A DNA stretch of 64,000 nucleotides from an uncultured virus (IMG/VR IMGVR_UViG_3300021400_005359) (taxonomy: Duplodnaviria; Heunggongvirae; Uroviricota; Caudoviricetes): the IMG/VR virus record IMGVR_UViG_3300021400_005359. One strand, written 5' to 3'. Within the stretch, counting starts at the first letter, position 1. The number at the start of each line of letters is the position of its first letter. Shown piece by piece: positions 1 to 10,411 of this stretch. The notes below the pieces were generated by a model. The model worked only from the letters and a program-made list of their open reading frames with translations, did not search any database and was not told where the DNA came from. Both the position numbers and the translations under genes were made by a program.

Positions 1-1431
1 AATTTTATCTATTTTCTTTTTACCATAACCTTTAATTTCACAGATATCTTCTTCTTTATCAGAAATATTGTAAATATCCTGTATGCTTGTGATAAAACCT
101 CTGTCATAAAGGTCTGAAATAGTTTCCTCTCCAAGACCATTAATATTAAGAGCATTTCTTGAACAGAAATTAATCAAAGACATCTTAACTTGTGCAGGAC
201 AGTTAGTTCCAGTACAGAACAAATTCTCTCCAATAAACTCTGTTTTAGAACCACAAACAGGACAAGTTTTTGGATACTGAATCTTTTTAGCTGTTCCATC
301 TGTTGGACTACTAACAACTGAAGTAATCTTAGGAATAACATCGTTACTCTTAATTACTAAGATATTACTGTTAATCATTAGTCCCATTTTTTCAATAAGA
401 TTGTAATTATTAAGAGTTGCTCTAGTGATTTCAACATCATCAATAATAATCTTATCAAAAATTCCAACAGGAGTAATCTTACCTGTCTTACCAACTTGGT
501 CATCTACTGACCTAAGAGTTGTAGAAGCCTCTTGAGCTTTAAACTTATAAGCAATACCCCATCTAGGCCATTTACTTGTATATCCAAGTTCTTCTCTTGT
601 TTCATAGTCATTAGCTTTAAGAACCATACCGTCAATCTGATAAGGAAGAGTTTTCCTAATTTTGTGTTCGTAGGATGAAATATAATCCATAATTTCATCT
701 ACCATAGTATCACTATACTTAAAAAGCTTATTAGGAACTATTTCAAAACCAAGAGAAGAAACCCAATTTAAAGCATCTGTATCATTGTTGAAAGTATCAA
801 GTTCTGTAACAAGGTCAAAAATCTTAATAATCATACCTCTATCAGCACAAATAGAAGAATCAAGCTGTCTAAGTGTACCAGAAGCAAGATTTCTTGGATT
901 AGAATACTCGCCATCTACATTAATTCTTTCAAACTCTGCTATAGGCATTAAAGCTTCGCCTCTAAGAACAAGTTTATCTTTATAAGATATCATTTTTGGA
1001 ACATTCTTAATTGTAAGAACATTATGAGTAACAATTTCTCCAACATAACCATTACCTCTTGTTGTAGCACAAGAAAGTTTACCGCCTTCATATTCTAAAA
1101 CAATTGTAAGTCCATCAAGCTTTTCCCCTACGGTAATATCTCCTTTTATTGTATTTACAAATTCAGCAATACCATCTCTTGTTTTTGTCTTTTGCTGAGA
1201 AAGCATAGGAGTTTCGTGTTCTTTCTTTTCAAGCTCACTAACAAGAACAGTGTTGATTTTCTGAGAAGGAGATTCAGGAACAATCCAATCAGGGTGCTCT
1301 CTTTCAAGAGTTAAAAGTTCAAAATATAAATCATCATATTCACCATCACCGATTTCAGGAATTCCAGCCTCATAAAGTTCATCGTGTCTTGTAATTTCTT
1401 TCACAAGATATAAATATCTAGAATTATCCAT
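1..1431 (-). CDS. ligA: NAD-dependent DNA ligase (3' end runs off the window; missing from the ORF track)
   Basis: Manual translation from ATG at 1431 (SD GGAGG at 1436-1440): MDNSRYLYLVKEITRHDELYEAG...EYDDL...HETPMLSQQK...GEKLDGLTIVLEY...TRGNG...NPRNLASGTLRQLD...CPVCGS...LFCTGTNCPAQ. Contains the KxDG adenylation motif and the C4 zinc finger. Confidence 0.95.
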   Translation of the reverse strand, partial: MDNSRYLYLVKEITRHDELYEAGIPEIGDGEYDDLYFELLTLEREHPDWIVPESPSQKINTVLVSELEKKEHETPMLSQQKTKTRDGIAEFVNTIKGDITVGEKLDGLTIVLEYEGGKLSCATTRGNGYVGEIVTHNVLTIKNVPKMISYKDKLVLRGEALMPIAEFERINVDGEYSNPRNLASGTLRQLDSSICADRGMIIKIFDLVTELDTFNNDTDALNWVSSLGFEIVPNKLFKYSDTMVDEIMDYISSYEHKIRKTLPYQIDGMVLKANDYETREELGYTSKWPRWGIAYKFKAQEASTTLRSVDDQVGKTGKITPVGIFDKIIIDDVEITRATLNNYNLIEKMGLMINSNILVIKSNDVIPKITSVVSSPTDGTAKKIQYPKTCPVCGSKTEFIGENLFCTGTNCPAQVKMSLINFCSRNALNINGLGEETISDLYDRGFITSIQDIYNISDKEEDICEIKGYGKKKIDKI

Positions 1432-1565
1432 AATTCCTCCTTTTTTAAAATATTCTCTTTTATTATATAAGTTTTGTTTACAAAAAATTATTGAAAAATA
1501 ACAAGATTTTTAATATAATATATACATATATTATAGCACATTTTTAAAAAGAAAGGAAGAAAATA

Positions 1566-2510
1566 ATGAATTTAAAAGACATTGTTTATGGAGTTGCAAT
1601 AGGCGATTCTATGGGTGTTCCAGTAGAATTTATTGAAAGAAATATTCTTGATAAGAATCCTGTAACAAAAATGATGGGTAATGGTACGCATAAACAAGAA
1701 AAAGGGACTTTTTCAGATGATACAAGCTTAACTTTATGCCTATTAGATGGAATAAATTTTAAAAGTCACAAAATAGACGAATATAAAGTTTGTAAAAATA
1801 TGATAAATTGGTTGAATAAAGGACTTTTTACAACTGACGGAAGAGTATTCGACGTAGGAAATACAACTTTTAGAGCAATTGATAATATGATTTATGGTTT
1901 AGAACCATTTGATTGTGGAATAGATAGTATAAGACAAAATGGAAATGGAGCATTAATGAGAATATCTCCTCTTTTAGAGTTCTTAAAAGACGAAGAAAAT
2001 ATTAACGAAAGATTTGAGATAACAAAGGACATCTGTTCTTTAACTCATTCTCACGTAATAAATATCCTTGGATGCTTTATTTATGAAGAATATGGAAGAA
2101 ATATTTTAAACTTAAAAGAAAAAGAAGAAACGAAAAAGATAAAAATTTTAGATAAAACAATAGACGAAATAAAACCTTTTGTAGAAGAAAATTTTGATAA
2201 GGAAACTATTTCTTATTATAAAAATATTTTGGATAAAAATATAAAAAATTTAAAAAGAGATGAAATATCTTCTAATGGAAGCGTATTTGATTCATTAAAT
2301 GCTTCTATTTGGTGTTTTATAACAAACAATTCTTTTGAAAGTTCTATTCTTTGTGCAGTAAATCTCGGAAATGATACAGATACTATAGGAGCAATAACTG
2401 GAAGTCTTTCTGGAATTTTCTATGGATACGATAGTATTCCAAAAGAATGGATAGAAGATTTAAGAAGAAAAGACATCTTAGATAAAATAATAAAAGAAAA
2501 GGAAGGCTAA
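1566..2510 (+). CDS. ADP-ribosylglycohydrolase (DraG/ARH family)
   Basis: Motifs GVAIGDSMGVPVEF, GTFSDDTSLT, GNGALMRISP and AVNLGNDTDTIGAITG; SD AAAGGAAG upstream. Confidence 0.92.
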   Translation: MNLKDIVYGVAIGDSMGVPVEFIERNILDKNPVTKMMGNGTHKQEKGTFSDDTSLTLCLLDGINFKSHKIDEYKVCKNMINWLNKGLFTTDGRVFDVGNTTFRAIDNMIYGLEPFDCGIDSIRQNGNGALMRISPLLEFLKDEENINERFEITKDICSLTHSHVINILGCFIYEEYGRNILNLKEKEETKKIKILDKTIDEIKPFVEENFDKETISYYKNILDKNIKNLKRDEISSNGSVFDSLNASIWCFITNNSFESSILCAVNLGNDTDTIGAITGSLSGIFYGYDSIPKEWIEDLRRKDILDKIIKEKEG

Positions 2511-2524
2511 AAGCCTTCCTTTTT
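2497..2524. terminator. Bidirectional intrinsic terminator between convergent genes
   Basis: AAAAGGAAGGCT-AAA-AGCCTTCCTTTT, overlapping the stop codons of both flanking genes. Confidence 0.85.
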
Positions 2525-4058
2525 ATCTTGTACCATCTGTTACGATAACAGTTCTATCTGCTTCTTCATTATATCCTAAAGGAGTATCTGAATCTGTATA
2601 ATTAGAATCATATTCTGCTGTTTCATTAGGATTAGTAACAGGACTAGGATTTTTTGTATTTAAATTTACATTTCCAACAACATTATTCTGATTCTCATTA
2701 GTATTACTATCAATATTATTGTTTGTCCAAGCAGAAGAATTATTATCACTTGATTGAGTATCAACGTCTTCATTATTTACTCTATCTGCAGAACTATTAG
2801 TTGAATTATTGTTAGAACCATTTGTGTTAGAATTTGTTGAATTTCTGTTGGAGCCGCTTGTACCATTTCCAGTACTTGAATTAGTTGTTCCGTTAGAATT
2901 CATTGTAGTTCCTCTACTTCCGCTACCATTACTGCTTTCAGAAACACTTGTTCCATCAATATTACCAATTACTTTACCATCTTTATCGATAATATTTCCA
3001 TTCATATCAACTCTAGTACCTTCTTCAGAATTTCCATAAAGTTCATTTAAGATAACTTCAAATTCTTCATCAGAAATATCTTCAGGTTTAGCAGTTTCAG
3101 TATAATTTGTAGTTGCATCAACTTGAGTGTCAATATTTACTTCATCAGCAGGAACAAGTTCAATCTTTTGTTCTCCTGCATTATAGAAGTCACCATAAGC
3201 TTTTGATGAAGGCTTGATATCCATTAAAGCATTAAAATCATTTGTAAGTAAATAATCATCAGAAACAATAATAAATGCCATATAAGCCTTTGGAGTTATT
3301 CCTCTAATCTTAGATAAGAAACCAAAGAGAGGTTTGTTATTAGTTACAAGAAAAATCTTTTCATTTGAACTATTCCATACAGATTGCATAGTAAGTTTTC
3401 CATTTAAGATTGACTTAGTCCAAAGATTCTTGTCATATTTTCTTGGCTGTCCAGTAGCCCATTTATTATTTTCTCTATAAAGTTGTTCATATACATAATG
3501 AATATTAACTGCAACATCTTGATGAAGAGAAGAAAGTTCATCAAGATTAGACTGACTTAAATTAGCTTCATAAAGAATAGCTACAAGCTTATTATCTTTA
3601 AATAAATATGTAGGAAGCCAAGTTAAATTAAATAAAGTCTCATAATCACAAGTAAGATAATTATCACCATAGTCGATTAAATTACCTCTTTCTTCTATAG
3701 CAACATCATCCATAGAAGAACCCCAAGCAGAGTTTCTTAAAATCAAAGAATGAATTGCTTGCTGTTCTTCATTCTTTTCTACAGCTTCTTGATTTAATAA
3801 ATTTCCAATATCAAATAAAGAATCTCTTTCTTCTTTAGACATTCCAAGGAACTTAACAATACTGCCAATAAGTAAAACTAATATAATAATAGCAGCAGCT
3901 CCATAAGAAATAAGTTTCTTCTTATCCATATATCTAAATTTCGAATAAGATTTCTTTTTAGGCTCTTCTACATAAAATTCATTACTATTTAAATCTTCTT
4001 CAGACAATAATTCATTTTCTGTATTATTCTTTTTCTTAAAAATATCTTTTAAGGACAT
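2523..4058 (-). CDS. Single-pass membrane protein with Ser/Asn/Thr-rich low-complexity C-terminal tail
   Basis: 511-aa ORF with hydrophobic segment YGAAAIIILVLLIGSIV; S/N/G/T-rich tail; start overlaps the stop of the upstream gene at 4058. Confidence 0.75.
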   Translation of the reverse strand: MSLKDIFKKKNNTENELLSEEDLNSNEFYVEEPKKKSYSKFRYMDKKKLISYGAAAIIILVLLIGSIVKFLGMSKEERDSLFDIGNLLNQEAVEKNEEQQAIHSLILRNSAWGSSMDDVAIEERGNLIDYGDNYLTCDYETLFNLTWLPTYLFKDNKLVAILYEANLSQSNLDELSSLHQDVAVNIHYVYEQLYRENNKWATGQPRKYDKNLWTKSILNGKLTMQSVWNSSNEKIFLVTNNKPLFGFLSKIRGITPKAYMAFIIVSDDYLLTNDFNALMDIKPSSKAYGDFYNAGEQKIELVPADEVNIDTQVDATTNYTETAKPEDISDEEFEVILNELYGNSEEGTRVDMNGNIIDKDGKVIGNIDGTSVSESSNGSGSRGTTMNSNGTTNSSTGNGTSGSNRNSTNSNTNGSNNNSTNSSADRVNNEDVDTQSSDNNSSAWTNNNIDSNTNENQNNVVGNVNLNTKNPSPVTNPNETAEYDSNYTDSDTPLGYNEEADRTVIVTDGTR

Positions 4059-4609
4059 TATTGTTTAATCCTCTCTCTTTTATTTATTCTAATCAAATCA
4101 AGTGTTTTAAGTGCAAGTATAATATTTATAAAATACATTTTAGTATTTTTATCTTCTGTTTCAAAAAGTTTAGCAAATATCTGTTTATTTAACTTTCTAT
4201 TATCACATTCAGCCCAAACTCTAAATTGGTCTGAATTAACAATAAAAGGATTTCCTTGATTTAGAATTTCATATTTATCATCTTTATTAAGTCCAATTCC
4301 AAAACCATTCTTAACTGGAGACAAAATTTTTAACTTATCAAAAACCGAATCAACATCACTAAAATCAAGTGGTACAATAAGTTTAGCATCTAATAAGTTA
4401 TTAATTGATTTATAAATGTCAAAGTTAAAAGCTTTTACAATGTCTTGTTCTTCTTTTACATCAAAAAAACAATATTTCCAAACATTGTAATCATTTAACG
4501 TAAGTCCAATAAATTCTCCTTCAAGTTCTACATTAAAAACTCTTTGAAGTTCTTCAATCTCACAAAGTCCAAGAGGATAACCTATGGACATATAATATTT
4601 TTTTGCCAT
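4058..4609 (-). CDS. Hypothetical protein with apparent internal two-fold repeat
   Basis: 183-aa ORF translationally coupled to both neighbours. The two halves share a G-x-x-[LI]-G ... [YF]xVW ... L-x-x-x-x-LI pattern. Confidence 0.7.
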   Translation of the reverse strand: MAKKYYMSIGYPLGLCEIEELQRVFNVELEGEFIGLTLNDYNVWKYCFFDVKEEQDIVKAFNFDIYKSINNLLDAKLIVPLDFSDVDSVFDKLKILSPVKNGFGIGLNKDDKYEILNQGNPFIVNSDQFRVWAECDNRKLNKQIFAKLFETEDKNTKMYFINIILALKTLDLIRINKRERIKQ

Positions 4610-5473
4610 TTATTTCTCCTTTAAAATTCCTTCTATTTTTTTAGTATTTGAAAGTTTATTATCCCTTTTTGATAATAATTTAGATAAAACTTTTTCGACA
4701 TTTTCATCTTTAGATAGTTTATCATAATATTTTTCTAAAAGCTCTAAATTTCGTTCCTCAATTTCATATTTATCTGCTTTAATAATTAAATTGCACAATT
4801 TAAAGAAAATTTCATCTAAAAAATCTTCCATATAAGTATCAGGGTTAAAATATTGTTGCAACATTTTATTTAAAACAGCATTATAAAATTTGTTTTGGTC
4901 TTTTTTCTTTTGACTTGAAGTGTATTCTTCAAATAAATCAAAAAGGTCTATTTCTTTCTTCTTTTTATATCTTCCAAGAAGATTAAAATCTCTGTCGATA
5001 ATTGTTATAGCTCCAGTAATTTCATTATAAATGAACAAAACTTCCAAATTAGGAAAAGATGAAAATATGAATTCAAAATCAATATTATCAGAATTTATAT
5101 AAACAATTCCTTTTGTATCTTTCATCTGAAAATTAACAGATGATAAATAATTATTTATAGTATCTAAATAGGTCTCTCCTATATCATTCAACTGTTCAGG
5201 AGACAATGTAAGCAAATATCTAACAATTATTTCAGGATTCATAGATTTGTTTTCTAAAACAATAGAATTTATTGCAAATCTTAACTTCTCCTGGTCTAAA
5301 TTTTGTAACAATGAAAAATGCTCTATGCTAACAATTCTCAATATATCCATAACAGTATAATAATTAAGTTCAGTTACTATAAATTTATTTTTTTTATACA
5401 AAACATCTTTCCAGGAGAGAACATTTGCAAGTTCTGGTTTGACAGATATCTTGAAATTATTTAATGTATACAA
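4610..5473 (-). CDS. Hypothetical protein
   Basis: 287-aa ORF with TTG start and AAGGAG SD; abuts the next gene. Confidence 0.7.
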   Translation of the reverse strand: MYTLNNFKISVKPELANVLSWKDVLYKKNKFIVTELNYYTVMDILRIVSIEHFSLLQNLDQEKLRFAINSIVLENKSMNPEIIVRYLLTLSPEQLNDIGETYLDTINNYLSSVNFQMKDTKGIVYINSDNIDFEFIFSSFPNLEVLFIYNEITGAITIIDRDFNLLGRYKKKKEIDLFDLFEEYTSSQKKKDQNKFYNAVLNKMLQQYFNPDTYMEDFLDEIFFKLCNLIIKADKYEIEERNLELLEKYYDKLSKDENVEKVLSKLLSKRDNKLSNTKKIEGILKEK

Positions 5474-5499
5474 ATGTTTACTCCTTAATTATTTTTTTA

Positions 5500-6390
5500 T
5501 TAATCTTCCTCGCTATTCTCTTTATCATTGTCATCAGATTCTTCATAAGAATCTTCTGCTTCGTTTTCTTCAGTATTTTGAACTTCTTCTACAGTATTAT
5601 TAGTTGGAGCAGTATAAGTAGTTGCCTGAGGGAAACATACAGGACATTTTGTATATCCCCAATAAATAGCTTCATATTCACTAAGCTGAGCACGTAATGA
5701 ATCGTTTACTAATGAAGGACAAGTACCTATATGATAATAAGCATCTTGAGCGTGTACAAAATAAAGAGTATCAGTACCTTCATTATCTTCGTTTCCACCA
5801 GATGATGATGGAGGATTTAAAACAGTTTCAGAAGAATTATTAATACCGCCCTTTATATTGATTGCAAGAGAACAATAATCATAAACTCCTCTACCAACAG
5901 GTCTTTTAACTTCTGTTGTTAAATCAAAGAAGTCTTTTGCAAATCCAAGAGGAACCATAATAACATTTGTTTTAGCTGCATCAGTACCCTTTAAAATAAA
6001 TGTAGGTCCAGCAAGTTTAACTCCATTTATTTCATCTGAATAGAGATAAACTGTAAATGTCTTAGCTCCTGTCACTTCAGCATAATATTTATATCCATCG
6101 GCTGCAGTAGAATCAGCTTGTTTCTTTAAAGGAGAAACAGTACATCCACACATTTCAGCAATAACAGATAAAGGAACATATAATACGTTCTTGTTATCTC
6201 TTCCTTGCCCATAACAAGGATAACCATATCCTGAAGGAAGGATTTTTCTTTCTCCATCAATATAAATCCAAATATATTTATTTTTTGCATAAGTTTTCTT
6301 GCCAATTGCAGCTCTAACTGGTACAATAGAAGCAAGTAAAATAGTAAATAAAAGTCCTAGAATTATTAAAAACTTAAAAGTTTTTTTCAT
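5500..6390 (-). CDS. Secreted protein: copper-amine-oxidase N-terminal (stalk)-like domain plus a C-terminal Ada-like His/Cys metal-binding motif
   Basis: Signal peptide ending VRA|A; paired LYVPLSVIAEMCGCTV / IMVPLGFAKDFFD motifs; YYHIGTCPSL...EAIYWGYTKCPVCFP; acidic tail. Confidence 0.7.
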   Translation of the reverse strand: MKKTFKFLIILGLLFTILLASIVPVRAAIGKKTYAKNKYIWIYIDGERKILPSGYGYPCYGQGRDNKNVLYVPLSVIAEMCGCTVSPLKKQADSTAADGYKYYAEVTGAKTFTVYLYSDEINGVKLAGPTFILKGTDAAKTNVIMVPLGFAKDFFDLTTEVKRPVGRGVYDYCSLAINIKGGINNSSETVLNPPSSSGGNEDNEGTDTLYFVHAQDAYYHIGTCPSLVNDSLRAQLSEYEAIYWGYTKCPVCFPQATTYTAPTNNTVEEVQNTEENEAEDSYEESDDNDKENSEED

Positions 6391-6533
6391 AAATGAAAAG
6401 ACCTCCGTAAAATCTTCGTTCCTATTATAATATAAAATTAGTAAAAAAAAATAGTCTTTTCAAGACTGACGATAAATAAATCTTGTTTAAAAGCATATAT
6501 TAAATAGATACTAAAATTAGAAAGGAAGAAATT

Positions 6534-7613
6534 ATGAATAAACTATTACTTGTTGATGGAAGTTCTCTTTTAAATTCTCAGTATTTTGGAAATATTCCAA
6601 ACTCCTTAAGAGTTGCAAAGGATTTAAAAAAGAAAGCAAAGACAGATGAGGAAGTAGAAAAAGCAAATGAAGAAATCGAGAAAGCTTACAAAGACCTTCT
6701 TCAGACTAGTACAGGAATATACACAAATGGTGTATATGGATTTGTAAAGTATCTGTTTTCAGCTATTAAGGTTTTAAATCCAACACACGTAGTTGTAACT
6801 TGGGATGTAACAAGAGATACTTTTAGAAGAGATATGATGCCTGAATATAAGGGTAATAGAGGTGCTGTAGAAAGTCCTCTAAAGCAGCAGTTTAAAACTT
6901 GTCAAGAGTTACTTGCAAAAATGAATATCAAGCAGTTTTTCTCAACAGATTATGAGTCAGATGATTATTGTGGAAGTTTAGTTGAAAAGTTTGAAAATGA
7001 TTCAAAAATTTATATTTTAACAAAAGACCACGATTTCTTCCAGCTTGTAAGTGAGAATACAAACATTCTGCTTTTATGTCAGACTCTTAAGATTTCTTCT
7101 TCACTTAATTCTAAGTATGGAATAAATGAAAAAGAAATTCCTCAAAAGACATTCCTTGTTAATCCTACTACATTAAAAGAAGAGTACGGATTAACTCCAG
7201 AAGCAGTAACTTTTGTAAAGGGAATTGCTGGGGATACAGCAGATAATATTCCTGGAATTCCAAATATCGGAGACACAACAGCTCTTGCTTTGTCAAATAT
7301 CTATAAGAACATAGAAGACCTTTATAGTGATATTGAAGGCAAATCAGACAAAGAAATAGAAGAAGTTGTAAAGAAATGGAAAGATAAAGGAATTAAGAGA
7401 AATCCTTTAAAGTATCTTACAGCTACAGATGTATTTACTAATAAAGGAGAAAGTCTTTCTGCAAAAGAAATTGGACTTTTAAGTGAAAAACTTGCAACAA
7501 TTAAAACAGATATAGAAGTTTCTGATTCAATGGATGATTTAAGTTTTATAAACGACACAGAACTTTTCAAGAATTCATTAAAAGAATACGAAATTACTTC
7601 TATTAAGTTTTAA
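6534..7613 (+). CDS. Stand-alone 5'-3' exonuclease / flap endonuclease (DNA Pol I N-terminal domain family)
   Basis: Motifs LLLVDGSSL, TNGVYGF, VTWD...FRRDMMPEYKGNR, YESDD, TKDHDFFQLV and GDTADNIPGIPNIGDTTA (H3TH). No polymerase domain follows. Confidence 0.92.
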   Translation: MNKLLLVDGSSLLNSQYFGNIPNSLRVAKDLKKKAKTDEEVEKANEEIEKAYKDLLQTSTGIYTNGVYGFVKYLFSAIKVLNPTHVVVTWDVTRDTFRRDMMPEYKGNRGAVESPLKQQFKTCQELLAKMNIKQFFSTDYESDDYCGSLVEKFENDSKIYILTKDHDFFQLVSENTNILLLCQTLKISSSLNSKYGINEKEIPQKTFLVNPTTLKEEYGLTPEAVTFVKGIAGDTADNIPGIPNIGDTTALALSNIYKNIEDLYSDIEGKSDKEIEEVVKKWKDKGIKRNPLKYLTATDVFTNKGESLSAKEIGLLSEKLATIKTDIEVSDSMDDLSFINDTELFKNSLKEYEITSIKF

Positions 7614-7620
7614 ACAAATC

Positions 7621-7650
7621 AAAAAAAGAAGAGCAATTGCTCTTCTTTTT
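7621..7650. terminator. Bidirectional intrinsic terminator
   Basis: AAAAAAAGAAGAGC-AATT-GCTCTTCTTTTT between convergent genes. Confidence 0.85.
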
Positions 7651-7652
7651 CG

Positions 7653-8576
7653 TTATTTTTTACTTTTTAAACTAAAAGAACCAAAACCTAAAGCACTTCT
7701 TCTTTTTTCTCTCTTATCTTCAACTTTAACAGTTTCTTTTCTTACTTCATTTGTCTTTTTCTCTTTTTCATCAAAGATAATCTTACCGTTCATATCAGCA
7801 TCAACTACATCATATAAAGAAAGAAGAGCTTCATAATCAAGGTCAGAACCCTTATATTTATCAAATACTACAACAGCAAGGTCTTCTGGAGTATATTCTG
7901 TTAATACACTAACGTCATAAATCTCATTAACTATCAAAGAAAAATTATATTGACCAAGCTGATAAGCAAGAATATTTATCTTTTGAATTAAAGAAACAGT
8001 TCTCAACTTGTATACAAATTCCTTTATGTTTCTAATTTTCATAGGAGATGCAGTTACTTTAGGAATAGAAGATACAAATTTAGGGAAATTCTTTATAATC
8101 TCTGGGAATTCATCAAAAACAAGAGAATAATTTAAAAAGTTCCTAAAAATATAAAGATATGTCTGAGTAATAATCTTTTTTCTCGCAGCTGTATCTTTTC
8201 TCTTTTCATCCAATAAAGCTTTTTCTTTCTCTCTTAAAGTATTATCCTTAGCAAATCTATCCTTAGATAGTCTAGCAAAGGTTTTTAAATCAAAATGTCT
8301 AGAATTAGAAGCTTGTTCAATAACTTTACTTGCTTCACTTTCTTTGTTAGGAGCAACCGATTCCTTAACTTCTTCTTTAGGAGTTAAGTTAATTTTCTCC
8401 AACTTCTTATCTTTAGAAGTTTCTTTGCTAATTTCATTAACAGTATTAATTAAGTTTTCTTCTTTTTCTTTTTCAAAAGGAAAAAATTTAACGTTTTTAC
8501 TTCTAACATTATGATTATCATATTTTTTTAAATAAGGCTTTTGTTCTTCTAAAACCTCAGCTAATAAATCTTGCAT
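7653..8576 (-). CDS. Hypothetical charged cytoplasmic protein
   Basis: 307-aa ORF with AAAGGA SD; last gene of a three-gene minus-strand operon. Confidence 0.7.
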   Translation of the reverse strand: MQDLLAEVLEEQKPYLKKYDNHNVRSKNVKFFPFEKEKEENLINTVNEISKETSKDKKLEKINLTPKEEVKESVAPNKESEASKVIEQASNSRHFDLKTFARLSKDRFAKDNTLREKEKALLDEKRKDTAARKKIITQTYLYIFRNFLNYSLVFDEFPEIIKNFPKFVSSIPKVTASPMKIRNIKEFVYKLRTVSLIQKINILAYQLGQYNFSLIVNEIYDVSVLTEYTPEDLAVVVFDKYKGSDLDYEALLSLYDVVDADMNGKIIFDEKEKKTNEVRKETVKVEDKREKRRSALGFGSFSLKSKK

Positions 8577-8590
8577 AAAAGTCCTTTCTA

Positions 8591-9436
8591 TTACAAAACA
8601 AAGTTTCCTTCACTAGTTTCGTAATAAACCTTAATATTAAAATTAGGGTCGTGCTCTCTAATAAAATTAAGAAGAGCTTTTTCATTGTTTTCTGTATGAG
8701 GTATCTCAGTTGACATAAAGTAATAATTTACTAAAATACCAGTTTTTGCAGGATTCACCTGAAAATAACAAACTAAATAATATTTAGGAGTCTTAAACAA
8801 ATAAGCAATAGGGTCATCAGATGTTAAATCATTTAAATCTACTATTTCAGATTTATAAGAGAAAATTGGTTCTCCAAAATATTCAATAGTATTTGATAAC
8901 AAATCAAGATACTGTTCATTTAAGACTGAAGCATCTTTATTTTCAAAATCCCAAATATTTGAAAGATATAAACTACAAGAATCACCATAAGAATCTCTAG
9001 GACATCTAACCTTTATAGGCATCCATTTCAAACCAAGATATTCTATTTCTTCCTCAGGAAATGGAGCCTCTTCAGCTAAACTAATCATTCCGAATTTGTA
9101 TCCATCAATTTGAGGAAGTTTTTCTGTATAAGTAAGAAGGTCTGGGTCATCAAGTTCTGTTTCAATATCTTCCCAAGAAACATATGTTTTTACAGGATTA
9201 CCATTTTCATCAAGTTTTATCTCTTCTGCTTCTTCCCCTTCCTGAAGGTCAAGTTCTTCTGAAACAATGAAATCTTTATTTCTTGTTTCATCAAGAGAAA
9301 CTTCTTCTTCTCCCATATTCTTTATAAGACCAGATAATTGTTCATCTATTTTAGTAGAATCAGTTTTTGTACCACAAGAAGATAAAAGTAGAACAAATGG
9401 TATGCATAATAGTAATATTAAATATTTTCTTTTCAT
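8591..9436 (-). CDS. Lipoprotein of unknown function
   Basis: Signal peptide with lipobox LSS|C; AAGGAG SD. Confidence 0.75.
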   Translation of the reverse strand: MKRKYLILLLCIPFVLLLSSCGTKTDSTKIDEQLSGLIKNMGEEEVSLDETRNKDFIVSEELDLQEGEEAEEIKLDENGNPVKTYVSWEDIETELDDPDLLTYTEKLPQIDGYKFGMISLAEEAPFPEEEIEYLGLKWMPIKVRCPRDSYGDSCSLYLSNIWDFENKDASVLNEQYLDLLSNTIEYFGEPIFSYKSEIVDLNDLTSDDPIAYLFKTPKYYLVCYFQVNPAKTGILVNYYFMSTEIPHTENNEKALLNFIREHDPNFNIKVYYETSEGNFVL

Positions 9437-9447
9437 AAATAAACTCC

Positions 9448-10329
9448 TTAAATAAAAGGTATTATTAAATAAGGATTTTCACATCCTTTTTTCCTTATAA
9501 ATAATATTGAATTTGAGCTAAAATTATACTTAATATTATTTTTATCTAATTTTATAGCATTTCCATTAAATTCTCCAGCTCCAGAAATATTAATTCTACC
9601 ACCAATATAAAAATTTTTTATAATATCATCATTTATTTCAGAATTCAAAATTACATTTACAACTGGGAATAATGCACTATCGGAAACATCTTCTCCAAAA
9701 TATTTATAATCTTTGTTGTCAAGATAATTAAATATAAATTTATCAAAAGCTTCTTTATATGAATAGTTTTCTAAATTCATATCTTTAACATAAATGAGTT
9801 CATCACCTTCATTATCAAACAAAGATAAACTATAATTATCTTTATCTAAATAATAATTAACAGAAACAACTGCAGAATTTGCAGCATCACTACCAACCAT
9901 AAGTCCAAAATAATTATCAATCATTTCAAACTGAGAAGGGAATGTAGACATCTTTGTAAAATAAGAATAAGAAATATTCTTATCTTTAGGAATACCTTTT
10001 AAAATATCACTATCAGTTTTATAAAAAGCATTTAAATCATTTTTAGTTTCATCAAAACTTTTATCAAAACTATTAAAATAATTAGAATCCCAAAACAAAG
10101 AACTATATTTATTAAAAGAAGAATCTACATTTTTTAAGTTATAAGAAGCATAAGAATCAAAAATCATATCTTTTTGAATTTTAGTATCTTCACTATAAGT
10201 AATTGTAAATTTGTTTTTATATTTATTTATATCTCTGTTTTTAAAATAAAAAAAGATAATGCCACACAGACATAACAAAAGAACAATTAGAATGATAATC
10301 TTTATTTTTACGCTTAAACCTTTTTTCAT
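9448..10329 (-). CDS. N-terminally membrane-anchored hypothetical protein
   Basis: 293-aa ORF with basic N-terminus and hydrophobic IIILIVLLLCLCGIIFFYF; GGAG SD. Confidence 0.7.
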   Translation of the reverse strand: MKKGLSVKIKIIILIVLLLCLCGIIFFYFKNRDINKYKNKFTITYSEDTKIQKDMIFDSYASYNLKNVDSSFNKYSSLFWDSNYFNSFDKSFDETKNDLNAFYKTDSDILKGIPKDKNISYSYFTKMSTFPSQFEMIDNYFGLMVGSDAANSAVVSVNYYLDKDNYSLSLFDNEGDELIYVKDMNLENYSYKEAFDKFIFNYLDNKDYKYFGEDVSDSALFPVVNVILNSEINDDIIKNFYIGGRINISGAGEFNGNAIKLDKNNIKYNFSSNSILFIRKKGCENPYLIIPFI

Positions 10330-10411
10330 AAAAAATCTCCAATCTAAAATTAATTCAAACTTATTATATATTAGTTTTAAATTTTTTTCAAAAATAGGTA
10401 GTTTTAAGCAT

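Noticed and set aside
504..985. ORF-track entries 504-698 (-) and 785-985 (+)
   Set aside because: Out-of-frame or antisense shadows of the ligA reading frame (1-1431), which the track missed because it has no stop in the window.
2750..2950. Repetitive-looking Ser/Asn/Gly/Thr stretch and antisense ORF 2809-3039
   Set aside because: Low-complexity coding linker with no discrete DNA repeat unit; the antisense ORF is a by-product.
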